The notes under the pieces were generated by a model. The model did no database searches. It was not told where the DNA came from and saw only the letters and a list, made by a program, of their open reading frames with translations. From Laetmonice hystrix (taxonomy: Eukaryota), in the NCBI GenBank assembly GCA_965235115.1, contig OZ249436.1:25608001-25672000 (forward strand): a stretch of DNA of 64,000 bases. The letters are read 5' to 3'. The stretch's first letter is position 1, and every line of letters starts with the position of its first letter. Position numbers and translations under genes: made by a program. Below, piece by piece: positions 46,390 through 60,900 of the stretch.

Positions 46390-48125
46390 TGTAGCAATAA
46401 TAAATTAATAGAGACTGAAAGAAAATTAGAACTGCTGATCAAAGAGAAAACCCAATAGTTTCCCGATGACAGAGCCCAACACAAAAATATATATACATGT
46501 ACGAGGTATAAATCCCATTAATATCAATCATAATCAAATGTGACCAATAATGAAGAGAACCAAACGGTCTCCCAATAAGGTCTAAATACAGCATTAATAA
46601 GGTGTATAATGTAGCAATAATAAAAATATAAAGACTAAAAAGAAAATTGGAACTGCTGATCAAAGAGAAAATATGATAGTCTCTCGATGACAGAGCCCAA
46701 CACAAAAATATATACGGGATATAAATCCCATTAATTCCAATCATAAAAATAAAATGTGACCAATAATGAAGAGAACCAAACGGTCTCCCAATAAGGTCTA
46801 AATATAGCAATAATAAGGTGTATAATGTAGCGATAATAAAAATATAAAGACTGAAAAGAAAACTGGAACTACTGATCAAAGAGAAAACATTATAGTCTCT
46901 CGATGACAGAGCCCAACACAAAAATATATATGCGGGATATAAATCCCATTAATATCAATCAATCATAATAAAATGTGACCAATAATGAAGAGAACCAAAC
47001 GGTCTCCCAATAAGGTCTAAATATAGCAATAATAAGGTGTATAATATAGCAATAATAAAAATATAAAGACTGAAAAGAAAATTGGAACTACTGATCAAAG
47101 AGAAAATATGATAGTCTCTCGATGACAGAGCCCAACACAAAAATATATATGCGGGATATAAATCCCATTAATATCAATCAATCATAATAAAATGTGACCA
47201 ATAATGAAGAGAACCAAACGGTCTCCCAATAGGTCTAAATATAGCAATAATAAGGTGTATAATATAGCAATAATAAAAATGTAAAGACTGAAAAGAAAAT
47301 TGGAACTACTGATCAAAGAGAAAACAGTATAGTCTCTCGATGACAGAGCCCAACGCAAAAATATATATATACGGGATATAAATCCCATTAATATCAATCA
47401 ATCATAATAAAATGTGACCAATAATGAAGAGAACCAAACGGTCTCCCAATAAGGTCTATAGCAATAATAAGGTGTATAATGTAGCAATAATAAACATATA
47501 AAGACTGGAAAGAAAATTGGAACTGCTGATCAAAGAGAAAACATGATAGTCCCTCGATGACAGAGCCCAACACAAAAATAAAGGATATAAATCCCATTAA
47601 TATCAATCATAATAAAATGTGACCAATAATGAAGAGAACCAAACGGTCTCCCAATAAGGTCTATAGCAATAATAAGGTGTATAATGTAGCAATAATAAAC
47701 ATATATAAAGACTGAAAAGAAAATTGGAACTACTGATCAAAGAGAAAACAGTATAGTCTCTCGATGACAGAGCCCAACACAAAAATATATATACGGGATA
47801 TAAATCCCATTAATATCAATTAATCATAATAAAATGTGACCAATAATGAAGAGAACCAAACGGTCTCCCAATAAGGTCTATAGCAATAATAAGGTGTATA
47901 ATGTAGCAATAATAAACATATAAAGACTGAAAAGAAAACTGGAACTACTGATCAAAGAGAAAACAGTATAGTCTCTCGATGACAGAGCCCAACACAAAAA
48001 TAAGGGATCTAAATCCCATTAATATCAATCGTAATAAAATGTGACCAATAATGAAGAGAACCAAACGGTCTCCCAATAAGGTCTAAATATAGCAATAATA
48101 ATAAGGTGTATAATGTAGCAATAAA
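46390..48125. repeat. ~210-220-bp tandem array
   Basis: AAATCCCATTAAT..GTGACCAATAATGAAGAGAACCAAACGGTCTCCC repeated about 8 times. Confidence 0.92.
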
Positions 48126-49284
48126 ATATATATATATACAACACACGTAGCCAGATTAATTAAACAGGCCCCGTAACGTACAATATACGGGATACATATC
48201 CCAATAATATCAATCATCATTCACAAATATGCTGTAAATAATGTATAAAGAAACCGTGGCCAATAGAATGAATTTAATGTAGGCCTAATAATAATATCAG
48301 GTTAAGGTAGCATTTATACAATAACTTACATGTGTAGGGAAACATTGGCAATAGGAAATAACCAATGAATGATGGATGAAAACAAAACGGTCACTCTTGT
48401 AGATCTACTCTCGCACGCCAAAATTAATTGTTCAGTAACAACATGGCATTTTAATAGACACGACACGTAGCCACCCGTCCTCAGAGCCAACGTCAAACAC
48501 TAAGTCAATAAGTGACTAACGAGGTTACTAGATTCTAAACTAGTACTAGTAGATATACAATGTAGTCATAACTAACGTCGTTAGATTAAACGCTAATGTA
48601 GGCTCAGGCTAACTATCATAAGACAAGTCGATCCAGTTAGACCGGCTAGCCTAGTGACCCAGGACTAGTGTCTATCATTATCAATCAACTAGATCTATAA
48701 CAAAACTACAGCCACATTCACTAGATCTAGATCTACCCCGATAGTAAAGAACTAACGGTGACGTTAAATTCGGATTCACTCTAGAACTAAACTCCTTGGG
48801 TATCTGTGACAGGACGACGAAGATGAATGCTAAGACGTACCCAGACGCCATTTTGCTTACCCTAATTCCTAAGAGATATAAAGATGGCTAAACCTAGGCC
48901 AACAGACTATGCCTAGAAAATGAAAGCAAGTACAAAAGACGGGTGACCATTTTATAAAGACGTGACTAGAAACCCAACCTCGGATGAACTAAAATTAAGA
49001 CGATTGAGAGTGATAAAATGCGACCGTTGACACTGAAAACCGTTACCCTGCTTGTCTTGAAGAAAGTGGGAAGATTCAAGGACAACGTCACGGTCGTCAA
49101 CCGGTTGCGGCATGATGCATGATGGGATTCGGCGTGACATAATTATTCAACACATGACCCAGAAAGTTGTTGCCATGACGGCGCTGATTCAGACAGTAGG
49201 CCTCTCGTGTTTTCCTGCATAAAATTCGTTGAACCTTCGGTTACAACGTGCCTCTACAAAAGGGTGTGCGCGTTTGTCTGACTG

Positions 49285-52200
49285 AAAGGAACTTCACTGT
49301 CCCATTTCATTCTCCAGCCCGTATAGGATGTTTCAAGTAACATTCATCCACGGTCTGAGCCGATACCCTGCAACAAGGCAGAGTAAGTCAATGCGAGCTC
49401 GCATGTCAAACCTAACCCGCCCCCCAGCACATGAGCTGAAAATATTCAAATAGCTTGAAAACTAGAATATAGCGTTGCTTAATACCATTATACCATCAAC
49501 TCGCATTACAGGCCTAATGCGAAGCTCCCAGCCTAAAACGAGGTTGCAATTAATTTAAAATTAACAAGATGCACTAGTAATCCGATCCAAGCCTAATTAC
49601 GTCATTGCTAGTTTCATAACCAAATCTCAGATAAAATACCCCACCCCGGGCACATAACCTGAAAATATTCAACTTTTATCTCCAATATATCCCTGTTTGC
49701 CTAGTACCACCCAACCAGGCCAAATTTTGACATTCCAACACAAATACTGGAAATACCCGCCTAATGGCGCAAATAACTTTCTACCCTGTTGCAAGTCACA
49801 TTAGCTTGCTGCCTGTCGTAAAAATGGTGCAGACCATTTCTAACGTCACAGGACCCCCACTCCCGGCCTAATATTACGTTTTCAGTATCCATTATGCTGC
49901 AAGCAGCAGGAACTCGAATACAGGCCTAAAAGTAACCCCAGTCTAGCAATATCATACTCCCATGCCGTATACGAGCTTGTAATTATCTTTAATTAATGGG
50001 CTCCGCGGCACCAACCCACTGCATTAACATTTGTTTACCAGCTTAACGCATCTTGTAAAATTTTTTCAAGTGCGTAAAAATGCGTCTCCACCTCCACCCA
50101 CTCTAAAAATCACTATACCCACCCAGCGACATCCACTCTAATACACGCCTAAAAGGAACTTCACTGTCCCATTTGATTCTCCAGCACGTATAGGATGTTT
50201 CAAGTAACATTCATCCACGGTCTGGCCCAATAACGTGCAACAAGGCATAGTAAGTCAATGCGAGCTCGCATGTCAAACCTAACCCACCCCCCAGCACATG
50301 AGCTGAAAATATTCAAATAGCTTGAAAACTAGAATATAGCTTTGCTTACTACCATTATACCATCAACTCGCATTACAGGCCTAAAGCGAAGCTCCCAGCC
50401 TAAAACGAGGTTCCAATTAATTTAAAATTAACAAGATGCACTAATAATCGATTCCAAGCATAATTAGGCCATTGCTAGTTGGATAACCAAATCTCATACA
50501 AAATACACCCTCCCGGCAGATGACCTGAGAATATTCAACTCTTATGTCCGATATATCCCTTTCCGCTTAGTAGCACCCAGCCGGGCCCCCATTTTGACAT
50601 TGCAACACCAATACAGCAAGTGCCCAGCTAACAGCACAAATAACAGGATTCAGGGCTTCCTACCACATTACAAGTCACAATAGATTGCTGCCTGTCGTAA
50701 AAATATACCAGACCATTTTTAAAAGTCACAGAACCCCAATCTGGCCCTAATATGTCACTCCCAGTACCAATAAACGCTGGAAGCACCATCAACTGAAATT
50801 CAGGCCTAGAACCCACCTCTCTCTACCAATATCATGCACCTAGTCCGTATACGAGGTTGTAATTTACTTTAATCAACGGGCTGCGCCGCAGCAACCCACT
50901 CTGGTCTTTGCAATCTTTTTCAATATGCGTTAACATTTGTGACCAGCTCAACGTGCCTTGTAAAATTTTTCAAAGTGCGTAAAAGTGTGTGTCCACCCCG
51001 ACACGCTTTCCAAACCACTATACCCACCGAGCGACATCAACTCAAATACCGGCTTCGACCGATCCTCACTGTGCCAATAATCCGCCACAAGGCAAATTCA
51101 GTCAATGCAAGCTGGAAAATCGAATGTCAAACCTAATACTCCCCCCCAGCACGTTAACTGAAAATAATCAACTAGCTTGAAAACTAGAATATAGCTTTGT
51201 TTAGCTAACAATCTACTCTCCCAGCGCCATCAACTCGCATACAGGCGTAAAAGCAAACGCACTGCCCCATATAATGCTCCCAGCCTAAAACGAGGTTGCA
51301 ATTAATTTAAAATTAACAAGATGCACTAGTAATCCGATCCAAGCCTAATTACGTCATTGCTAGTTTCATAACCAAATCTCACAGAAAATACCCCACCCGG
51401 GCACATAACCTGAAAATATTCAACTTTTATCTCCAATATATCCCTGTTTGCCTAGTACCACCCAACCGGGCCGAATTTTGACATTCCAACACAAATACTG
51501 GAAATACCCGCCTAATGGCGCAAATAACTTTCTACCCTGTTGCAAGTCACATTAGCTTGCTGCCTGTCGTAAAAATGGTGCAGACCATTTCTAACGTCAC
51601 AGGACCCCCACTCCCGGCCTAATATTACGTTTTCAGTATCCATTATGCTGCAAGCAGCAGGAACTCGAATACAGGCCTAAAAGTAACCCTAGTCTAGCAA
51701 TATCATACTCCCATGCCGTATACGAGCTTGTAATTATCTTTAATTAATGGGCTCTGCGGCACCAACCCACTGCATTAACCTTTGTTTAACAGCTTAACGC
51801 ACCTTGTAAAAAATTTTCAAGTGCGTAAAAATGCGTGTCCACCTCCACACACTTTAAAAATCACTATACCCACCCAGCGACATCCACTCTAATACACGCC
51901 TAAAAGGAACTTCACTGTCCCATTTGATTCTCCAGCACGTATAGGATGTTTCAAGTAACATTCATCCACAGTCTGGCCCAATAACGTGCAACAAGGCAGA
52001 GTAAGTCAATGCGAGCTCGCATGTCAAACCTAACCCGCCCCCCAGCACATGAGCTGAAAATATTCAAATAGCTTGAAAACTAGAATATAGCTTTGCTTAA
52101 TACCATTATACCATCAACTCGCATTACAGGCCTAATGCGAAGCTCCCAGCCTAAAACGAGGTTCCAATTAATTTAAAGTTAACAAGATGCACTAATAATC

Positions 52201-53071
52201 GATTCCAAGCATAATTAGGCCATTGCTAGTTGGATAACCAAATCTCATACAAAATACACCCTCCCGGCAGATGACCTGAGAATATTCAACTCTTATGTCC
52301 AATATATCCCTGTCCGCTTAGGTGCACCCAGCCGGCCCCCATTTTGACATTGCAACACCAATACAGCAAGTGCCCAGCTAACAGCACAAATAACAGGATT
52401 CAGGGCTTCCTACATCGTTACAAGTCACAATAGATTGCTGCCTGTCGTAAAAATATACCAGACCATTTTTAAAAGTCACAGAACCCCAATCCGGCCCTAA
52501 TATGTCACTCCCAGTACCAATACACGCTGGAAGCACCATCAACTGAAATTCAGGCCTAGAACCCACCTCTCTCTACCAATATCATGCACCTAGTCCGTAT
52601 ACGAGGTTGTAATTTACTTTAATTAACGGGCTGCGCCGCAGCAACCCACTCTGGTCTTTGCAATCTTTTTCAATATGCGTTAACATTTGTGACCAGCTCA
52701 ACGCGCCTTGTAAAATTTTTCAAAGTGCGTAAAAGTGTGTGTCCACCCCGACACGCTTTCCAAACCACTATACCCACCGAGCGACATCAACTCAAATACA
52801 GGCTTTGACCGATCCTCACTGTGCCAATAATCCGCCACAAGGCAAATTCAGTCAATGCAAGCTGGAAAATCGAATGTCAAACCTAATGCTGCCCCCCCCC
52901 CCCAAGCACGTTAACTGAAAATAATCAACTAGCTTGAAAACTAGAATATAGCTTTGTTTAGCTAACAATCTACTCTCCCAGCGCCATCAACTCGCATACA
53001 GGCGTAAAAGCAAATGCACTGCCCCATATAATGCTCCCAGCCTAAAACGAGGTTGCAATTAATTTAAAATT
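49285..53071. repeat. 1753-bp satellite array, block 4 (array edge)
   Basis: Resumes AAAGGAACTTCACTGTCCC; more diverged copies; ends mid-monomer A at ~53071. Confidence 0.95.
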
Positions 53072-53199
53072 TTGGCCCATTTTGGCTAAAAAATGGGCCA
53101 AAGCATTCACATCTCAATATTTGCTGAGGCATGTCCTCAGATCCCCGACCGGTCGCCCATTGGTTCTATAAGACCGAGATCGCAGCACCTACAGATGGA

Positions 53200-53614
53200 G
53201 CCACCAAATTGCAGACTGTATAAAGCACTGCTTTGTTTGGCTCAGAGCCTAATCACAAAAATAAAAGAAAAATGCATAATACTCGCGTAGTAACGTAAAA
53301 TCATCTTATAAAATTATATATAAAAGTATGTTCATATTTTTGTATTTAGCCTACTGTGTCGCTTAATGATTTTCTTTGGCCTGTAAGTGTAACTGCTAAA
53401 CGGTGCCACCAAACTGCAGACTGTATAAAGCACTGCTTTGTTTGGCTGAGAGCCTAATCACAAAAATAAAAGAAAAAATGCATAATACTCGCATAGTAAC
53501 GTAAAATCACCTTATAAAAGTATATATAAATGTATGTTCATATTTTAGTATTTAGCCTACTGTGTCGCTTAATCATTTTCTTTGGCCTGTAACTGTATTT
53601 GCTAAACGGTGCCA
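53200..53614. repeat. 205-bp tandem duplication
   Basis: GCCACCAAA.TGCAGACTGTATAAAGC at 53200 and 53405. Confidence 0.88.
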
Positions 53615-55186
53615 GATAGGCCCTCAGTTACCACTCAACACGATGGAGAGATGCTCTGTCAATTGATACCAATATTTATTATGTCGCATATCGTATGACG
53701 TCATAATGACGTCATTGGCATATTCTAAGATTTTCCAGAGGCCTGTACATGCTAAACGGTACTGAACCCTGTATCGTTGCCCCCCCCCTGGAAAAATTAT
53801 CTTCCGATGGTTATGATAATGATGGCATTGGAATTTCTTTCAATTAACACCAAGATTCATGATGTATAGTAGCGTGCTGTCTGACATTATAATGACATTA
53901 TTGGCATATACTAAAGATTATAACTTGTTAAAGGTACAAGATGGAACCATGTCTCATGCTGAGAACGAATAGAACAGAATGGGTCGGAGGGAACGCCCCA
54001 GGGGGATGGGATTCATAATGTGGCTATCGCCACATCCTATCTAGTTATTAGCCCATCCCATATCCATGGGATGGGCTCTTGAAATTGTGTGGTTTCGTCT
54101 TCCCTATTATTATTATTATTATTATTATTATCCCATCCCCTACGGAGGGGATGGGATTTTGAAATTGTGTGGTTTCGTCTTCTGTATTATATTTGGCGTA
54201 GTAGTAGTAGTAGTAGTAGTAGTTAGACAGAATGTCTAACTCAGTCAATTTTCAACATATCTCAATGAAATTTGGTACACATGTTGACAATGACAAAGTC
54301 TGGCCAGGCATCGAATCATGACATCATGTGACGTCACGTCATGACGTGATGACGTCAAACGTATTAAGAATATTGAGGCCATTTTTTAAGCTCATATTGG
54401 GATTTTTTCAAAAACGTGTTACGACTTCATAATCGGCCAAGGGTGCTGCTTTAATTTGAACCTTGATTTGAACTTTGACCTTTGACCTTGGGGAGAACTG
54501 GGTCCTAGGTCACAAATCGGTTAAACCGCTTCTTCTTCTCTATTTTTGGGTAAAATTCGACAATATTCGGCAGAAACAATCTCTAACGAAAGCTCCACAG
54601 GATTTTTGCAGGGATTAGCGATTTGACCTATTTTCGCCAAACCACGTGACTTTGAAGTTTGTCAATTTTGACATTTTTTTCTAAAACTGCTTTAGTCATA
54701 CAGGAATCGTGTATTTGGTCAGTAGATATGTGCTGCTGTTGACGATTGATCACTTTGTATAATTCTTTTAATAAATTGACCAATATATTTTTATTTATGA
54801 TGAAATATGTAATTTGACTGTTGACAGGCTCTACCTTGAAACGTGTTTAAGATAGCCATATCAAATACAACAATTACAAAGTGAATAGATTCAGGTATAC
54901 CACTGATTGTTTAGTTCGTTTTTTGGAAAGGTAATGTGGCCAGAATTGTAGGTTTTAATGGGAATAGTCTCCACAATAATATATTTTTACCCTCTGACGG
55001 TTAGCATCTCTGAATACACAAACCGCCTGCTGTGATGCCAGCCGCCTCTCCCAGCCCGGTGTTGGCAGCGTTACGTAACTGCTGCTGATAAGGTCGGGTC
55101 TACGGTGACTCCCACACTCCCCCAGTCAGCGGCGCCCTATTTTGGTTTAATGAGCCAGCAGGTTGGTGTGGATGGTTCCACAGTTG

Positions 55187-55879
55187 TGTAACAAAGTCAC
55201 CTTTTGCCGCTAGGGGGCTTAGTACAGGGTAGCCGCCAGGGGCTCTGATGCTAGGACGCCAGGGGGCTCTGTGGTCAGGAGCCATGATGTCATGGTTAAG
55301 TTAAGCCACATGTGATTCATACCCACGTGATGGCGGAGGGGAGAACCTGTTCATTATGACCACAGAGATTGGGGCATTCCACAGATAATAAGGTCCCACG
55401 GTATTGTCGTAAACATTATTAGGCAGTTGGGGTGCGTTACCATAGTTACGGCCGCCCGTACATAGTTCAGGGTTAATAGGTTATATAACATATCGTTTGC
55501 AATGATTGTGACATAGCTGAGGGCCTTAAGGTTAAGTGAAACGCCGGTCACACCGTGCAAAATGGTCCTTTCCAGACGTAGTCTAGACGCAAAATTACGT
55601 GAAAGAATGCAAACATGATAAGACGGGAACGCCCAGGGAGAGGGCCCGGGGTATAAATATAGGAGCAGTAGACAGGCTGGTCAGAACGGGACGGGACAAG
55701 CTGATAGAAGGACTGGCGAGCCGAGAAACCACTCAACCTCCACGATCGCCGCACCATGCTGTACGTCTCAAGTCAAATAGACTAAGTTGCTGAAGAACCC
55801 GGTGTTGTGTTGTCTCCTGTGACCACGAGGGTCCAATTCCATCACCCATTTATCGAAGTCCGACCCCCACTTGGTTACA
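55187..55879 (+). mobile_element. Solo LTR (Gypsy-type)
   Basis: TGTAAC..GTTACA termini, 4-bp TSD GTTG, TATAAATA near 55653. Confidence 0.78.
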
Positions 55880-56473
55880 GTTGGCTGAATCACAGGACAG
55901 TCAAATTAAAATAGAGAAAAATGTAGGTAATGATAGAAAACCATTGGGGAAATGGGATCCTACCTGTATTGCTTGGCAATCAAGAGTTCCTAGTGAATAT
56001 CTGCATGGTAATATAACCTGAGGAATGTTTACCGAAGAGGCCCCTACATATATTGTATTCCACCACTGAACAAGCCAGTCACATAACATGTCAGCCATCA
56101 GGGCGGCAGCTGTCAATCAAAGGAGCCGATCAGGGGGCGGCCACCAGACTGCGCTCTAGCTATCAGGAGCCAGGGGCATAATGCCCACCCTCGTAAGTAT
56201 TTCGGAAAAGTTTGGGGAAATTTCTGGGGGGAAATCTGCAATACCATGGTTGGGAAACTGACTTGGGGAAAAGAAGCTGAAAAACCATTCAGCAAACTCA
56301 AACTCATCAAAGGTTAGGCCTACTTGAGATCTATCATTGGTGAGACTCCTCCCTGGCCCTGAAAATATTATTAGGGAGCGCCCTATGAGGGGGTAAGATA
56401 TCATTTGGAATTTTATCCATGTAACCTGTTGTAGGGTAGCCAAAGCTTGAGTTTTCTTGTGGTATACCATCTA

Positions 56474-56709
56474 CAGGGCGGATCCAGGATTTCTTGAAAG
56501 GGGGGCGTGGCCACCATCCGAGCGCCGAAGCCCTTAGCGGGGGTCTGGGGGTCCCCCAGAAAAATTGAAAGTTAAGGTGGCAAATGTGCGTTTTCCTGGC
56601 ATCTGGGATAAAAATCAAAGGTTAATTATGTCATAGTTAGCTGAAAAAATTCTCTCTCAGGGGTCTGGAAATAGGGGTGCGACTCGTGCACTCCCTAAAT
56701 CCGCCACTG
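56474..56709. mobile_element. Short MITE
   Basis: Termini CAGGGCGGAT / ATCCGCCACTG flanked by ATCTA on both sides. Confidence 0.62.
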
Positions 56710-57575
56710 ATCTATTGTATTGCATTGTATTGTATTATATGTTTATCTCGGCTTCGACCATTATGCACCACTGAACAGGAGCAAATAACCTGCCAGCCAG
56801 CAGGGCAGCAGCTCTCAATCGAAGCCGGTCACAGGACGCCCATGCAGCTATTGGTCGTGGCCCACCCGCCAATGACCGGTGTCCATCCTTTAGACTAGGA
56901 CGGGGAAAACCGTAAAGGAGGGGATATATAGCGGCACCAAGAGAGAGACTGGGTGAGAAGAAGGAGAGAAGGACAGTGATATAGTCTAGATTTGACGATG
57001 AGGAATATAGACACTGACCGCATGGTGCCCATTCAGATACTAATGTTGAATGGCACCCATGCTTATACTGTTGCGTTACTTCGAAACCTCATTTCTGATC
57101 AAATCAACCCTCGATCATGCTCCAAAATGACTGAACACGATCCTGTCGGTTAATAATAGTAAGCTCTGACACAAAGATAACATGATATAAATGATAAATA
57201 ACTTTAAAATGACCATAACCATGAGCTCCAACACGCTTAAAAAATTACACCCATATGTCGACTTTAGGTTAAGGGTTCACATGGAGCTTTTAAGAGTCAG
57301 CAATTTCTTTTCAATCTCCTAGAATGACAAACTTAGACATTTTTTTATGCAGATTAGGCCTAGAAGGATGTTTGCAACAATATTAATTTGATCCATATAT
57401 GGACCTTTGATATAACATGTTGGAGATTACGAAAAAGTGGCTCGAAAAGTAATGGGCCATAGAAAAAAAAATGAAAAATTTAAATTTTTGTTTGGAGCCC
57501 CCATCTTCTTCTCTGCATCTTTTGGAGAATTGAACAACAGAAAAAGAGACAATTAAAAGCATTCTGAAAGCTATA

Positions 57576-57985
57576 TATCGGGTGGATAAAAAAAACGCCC
57601 CGGACTTTATCCTTCAATATCTCAAAAAGTAATGATTGTAATTCATTGAAATTCTTTTTAATATTACTTCATGATGTCACTTAGTTGTTAATGTTACAAC
57701 TCAATAACTTGGATAATATTTCCGTGGCGGTAAAAACAAAAATCATTGTACAAAAGCGCAATGCCGGCCTAAAGTGAGTTGTAGTCGCAGCCAGAGTCCC
57801 TGGCCTCACATGGGAGTAGGTGGTCAATTAGTCCCCCGTTTTCACTTCATACTGCTCTCAGTCTCCTTTTCCATGAGCCAATGCACTTCCTGATCTCTGA
57901 TAGGGAAATATCTTCGCAACATTGGGAAATACGCAACGTTCTGAACGTGTTTCTAAACGTGATAATGATACGATTTCCCTTGGCT
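57576..57985. mobile_element. Truncated copy of the Tc1/mariner-like MITE family at 37254
   Basis: Same TIR; 57800-57980 is the reverse complement of ~37700-37885. Confidence 0.75.
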
Positions 57986-60900
57986 CATCTCTTGGTTGAA
58001 GACGACAACCGTCTGCCTCAAGAATTATAGCTTCAAAACTCGCGACGGCTCTACTGAGTTATTCTCCCAACTACCAAAAACAAAATGTTAAGAAGAGTAA
58101 ATATAGCTGTTATAGCTCTTTCATTTGAGACCAAGATTTATTACGTAGCCTGAAGTGTCACCTCATAATTACGTCATTGGCATCTTCTAAAGCTTATAAG
58201 TCATTAACTGCGCAAGATTGATCCATATAGTAGTAGTAGTAGACAATGACACTGATCTTGTAATATCTTGGTCATTTTTCAACATATCTCAACCAAACTT
58301 GGCAGGCATGTAGACAATTACAAAATGTCATCTTACCAATGTCAGTGACATGACGTGACGTCATGTCATGACGTAATCACGTCATTAGTATGGTGACCTT
58401 TTACCTACTTTCCCCCCAGACACATTAGGACATTTACATTTTTTTCTTATAGTAGACATTACTCAAGCTCCTCTTTCATTTTGACCCTTTATTTGACCTT
58501 TGACCTTTGACCCTAGTGGGATATAGGTCAAAGATAAGAAATCAGTTAAATCGCTACTTTTCACTCATTTTTGGTTAAATTTTGACCATTTTGGGCAGAG
58601 ACATCCTCGGTGAAGAGCTTCACAAAGTGTAGCTTTTTATAAGCGATATGACCTAATTCCGCCGAACCACGTGACTTTGAAGTTTGTCAGTTTTGACTTT
58701 TTTTTACTAAAACTGCTTCAATCATATAGGAATCGTGTATTTGGTCACTAGATATATGCTGCTATTGACGATTGATCACTTTGCATATGTCTTTTCATAT
58801 ATTTACCAATATTTGTCTTTATTAATGATGAAATAATGTAATCTGACTTTGACAGGCTCTACCTTGAAAAGTGTTTAAGATAGCCACATATAAACACAAC
58901 AATTACAAAGTGTATAGATTTGGGTATACCGCTGATTGTTTAGTTCTTTTTTGGAAAGGTAATGTGGCCAGAATTGTAAGTTTTAATGGGTATAGTCTTC
59001 ACAATAATATTTTTACGCTCTGACAGTTGGCATCGCTGAATACACAAACTGCCCGCTGGGCGCCAGGGCCCGGATCGGCAGGGGGTTACGTAAGTGCTGT
59101 TGATAAGGGCCGGCCGGCCGGCTGGTGTGGCGGTCCCGTTGTTCCTGTGGACTCGTTGTTCCTATAGTATCCAGTGCGCATGCGCAGGATAGAAGCCACT
59201 CCCACAGGAACTTTGGGAACGCGTATAGCCATGCCCTGGGTTCCCCCGGTCTCAGAGTTACCCTACAGCGTAGTGGTGATAGTGGGTAGCACCACTTAGG
59301 CTAACTGCATGGAAAAGGCGAAGTAAAGCAAGTTGTGTTTTATTGTCCCGTCACTTGACTGGCATACATCCATGCTAATTAAAAAAAAACATAACGCAAA
59401 ACCAATCAAATTGAAAACATAATAAAATTATCGTTAGATAAGTCCAAGGCAAAGGTTCTGAAACAGCCACTACAGGATACCTTCTTTGTGAAAAAAATGG
59501 GCCTAGTACTAGATCCTTTGCTGTAACAATATAGAATTTGTCCTAAGGTTGATTTGCTTGGTAAGGTAACATGTAAAAATGCGGCCTACAGTAACTGAAA
59601 AATGAAGACACAACGTCTTACACGGCGGTGCATGAACAACTGGACTGGGGCTCTAGCTGTTGCTGTCCGAGGGACGGTTTTCACGCCTGCACGGCTGAGC
59701 GCACATGCGGTTCTGGATTTTGATTGGATATAGGAACTTTCGGACTGACAGGAACCCCGGGACCGTGACACCGGTCTGTCGGGTTGTGACTACTCCCCCA
59801 CTCAGTGTGTGGATGGAGGTTAGAACTGACATAACTGAATTAGGTGTGCCTTTGAACTGTAGGTGTAACTGGCTAATACAAATGATTTTAGACTGGGACG
59901 TGAAAAACGTGAACAAAGGGATATATTGGAGCACTATAGAGGAGAAGGAGAAGGGAAAGGACAGAGATATAGATTGGTGTAGATCACATTCGCACCTATT
60001 GGTAAAGATTCATGATGTATGACTACGTTTTGGCTAAATGGCAGGAGATAGAAGTGAGGGAACGGTGTGCTCAGTGCAGCCAGCGCCCAGCAGACAGGTA
60101 GCCATGCAGTCGTCCTGGTGAGTCCTGGAGATGCAGTCATTACTTGAGCGGGTCTGCGGAAGGGAGAAGGGGAACGCTCTGTGAGAAATACTTAAGGAGT
60201 CTTTATAGAAGAGGTACCTTCTCAGTCATATAACACGCCAGCCATCGGGCGGCAGCTGTCAATCAAAGGAGCCGGTCAGGGGGCGGTCTTGACCAATGAC
60301 CAGCGGCCATCCTTTAGACTGGGACTGGAGAAAAACGTGAACGAGGGGATATATATCACCACGAGAGAGAGACTAGGGGAGAAGGAGGAGAGAAAGGACA
60401 GAGATATGGATTTTACTATGAGGAACATATAGACACCGACTGCCTACTGACATATTGGTCGAAGCGGGACAACCTTGTGCCTCAGGAATTAAAACTTCAA
60501 AACTCAAGCGACCACTTTACTGAGTTATTCTCCCAACTACCAAAAAGAAATGTTAACAAGGGTGAATACATGTGTTATAAAATATTTCCCCGGGATGAAA
60601 AAGAGAAAATTAACACTGTACTTAGACACATTGAACTGTTAAGTTGTATGTCTGATGCTGTCATTTATGTATAATACTAAATTATATAAAAAAAAGCCCT
60701 TGTCAGTGCCAACTTGCCAGGGGCAGATGTGCCCAGAGAAAGTTGAGTGTCGGGCGGTAGTTTTGCGCTAGCAGTGAAGGCGCAAGGTTTTCAGTTGGCA
60801 AGGGGTGCAGGAGAAGTAAAAGGACAGAGATGTAGATAGGTGTGGATGGCATTCGCACTTATTTGCAAAGATTCAATAGGTGCGAATGTCACTGGGCAGC

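Larger units (their letters stand above)
34809..49284. mobile_element. 14.5-kb insertion without long ORFs, probably a non-autonomous element integrated by conservative recombination at an AAA core
   Basis: Satellite site GCCTAAAAGGAAC is split into GCCTAAAAACGGC.. (left) and ..GACTGAAAGGAAC (right). The joined ends ..GACTGAAAACGGC occur internally at 42815-42854. Confidence 0.75.

Noticed and set aside
46263..47606. Hydrophobic minus-strand ORFs as membrane proteins
   Set aside because: They are translations of an AT-rich tandem array with frame-breaking indels between units.
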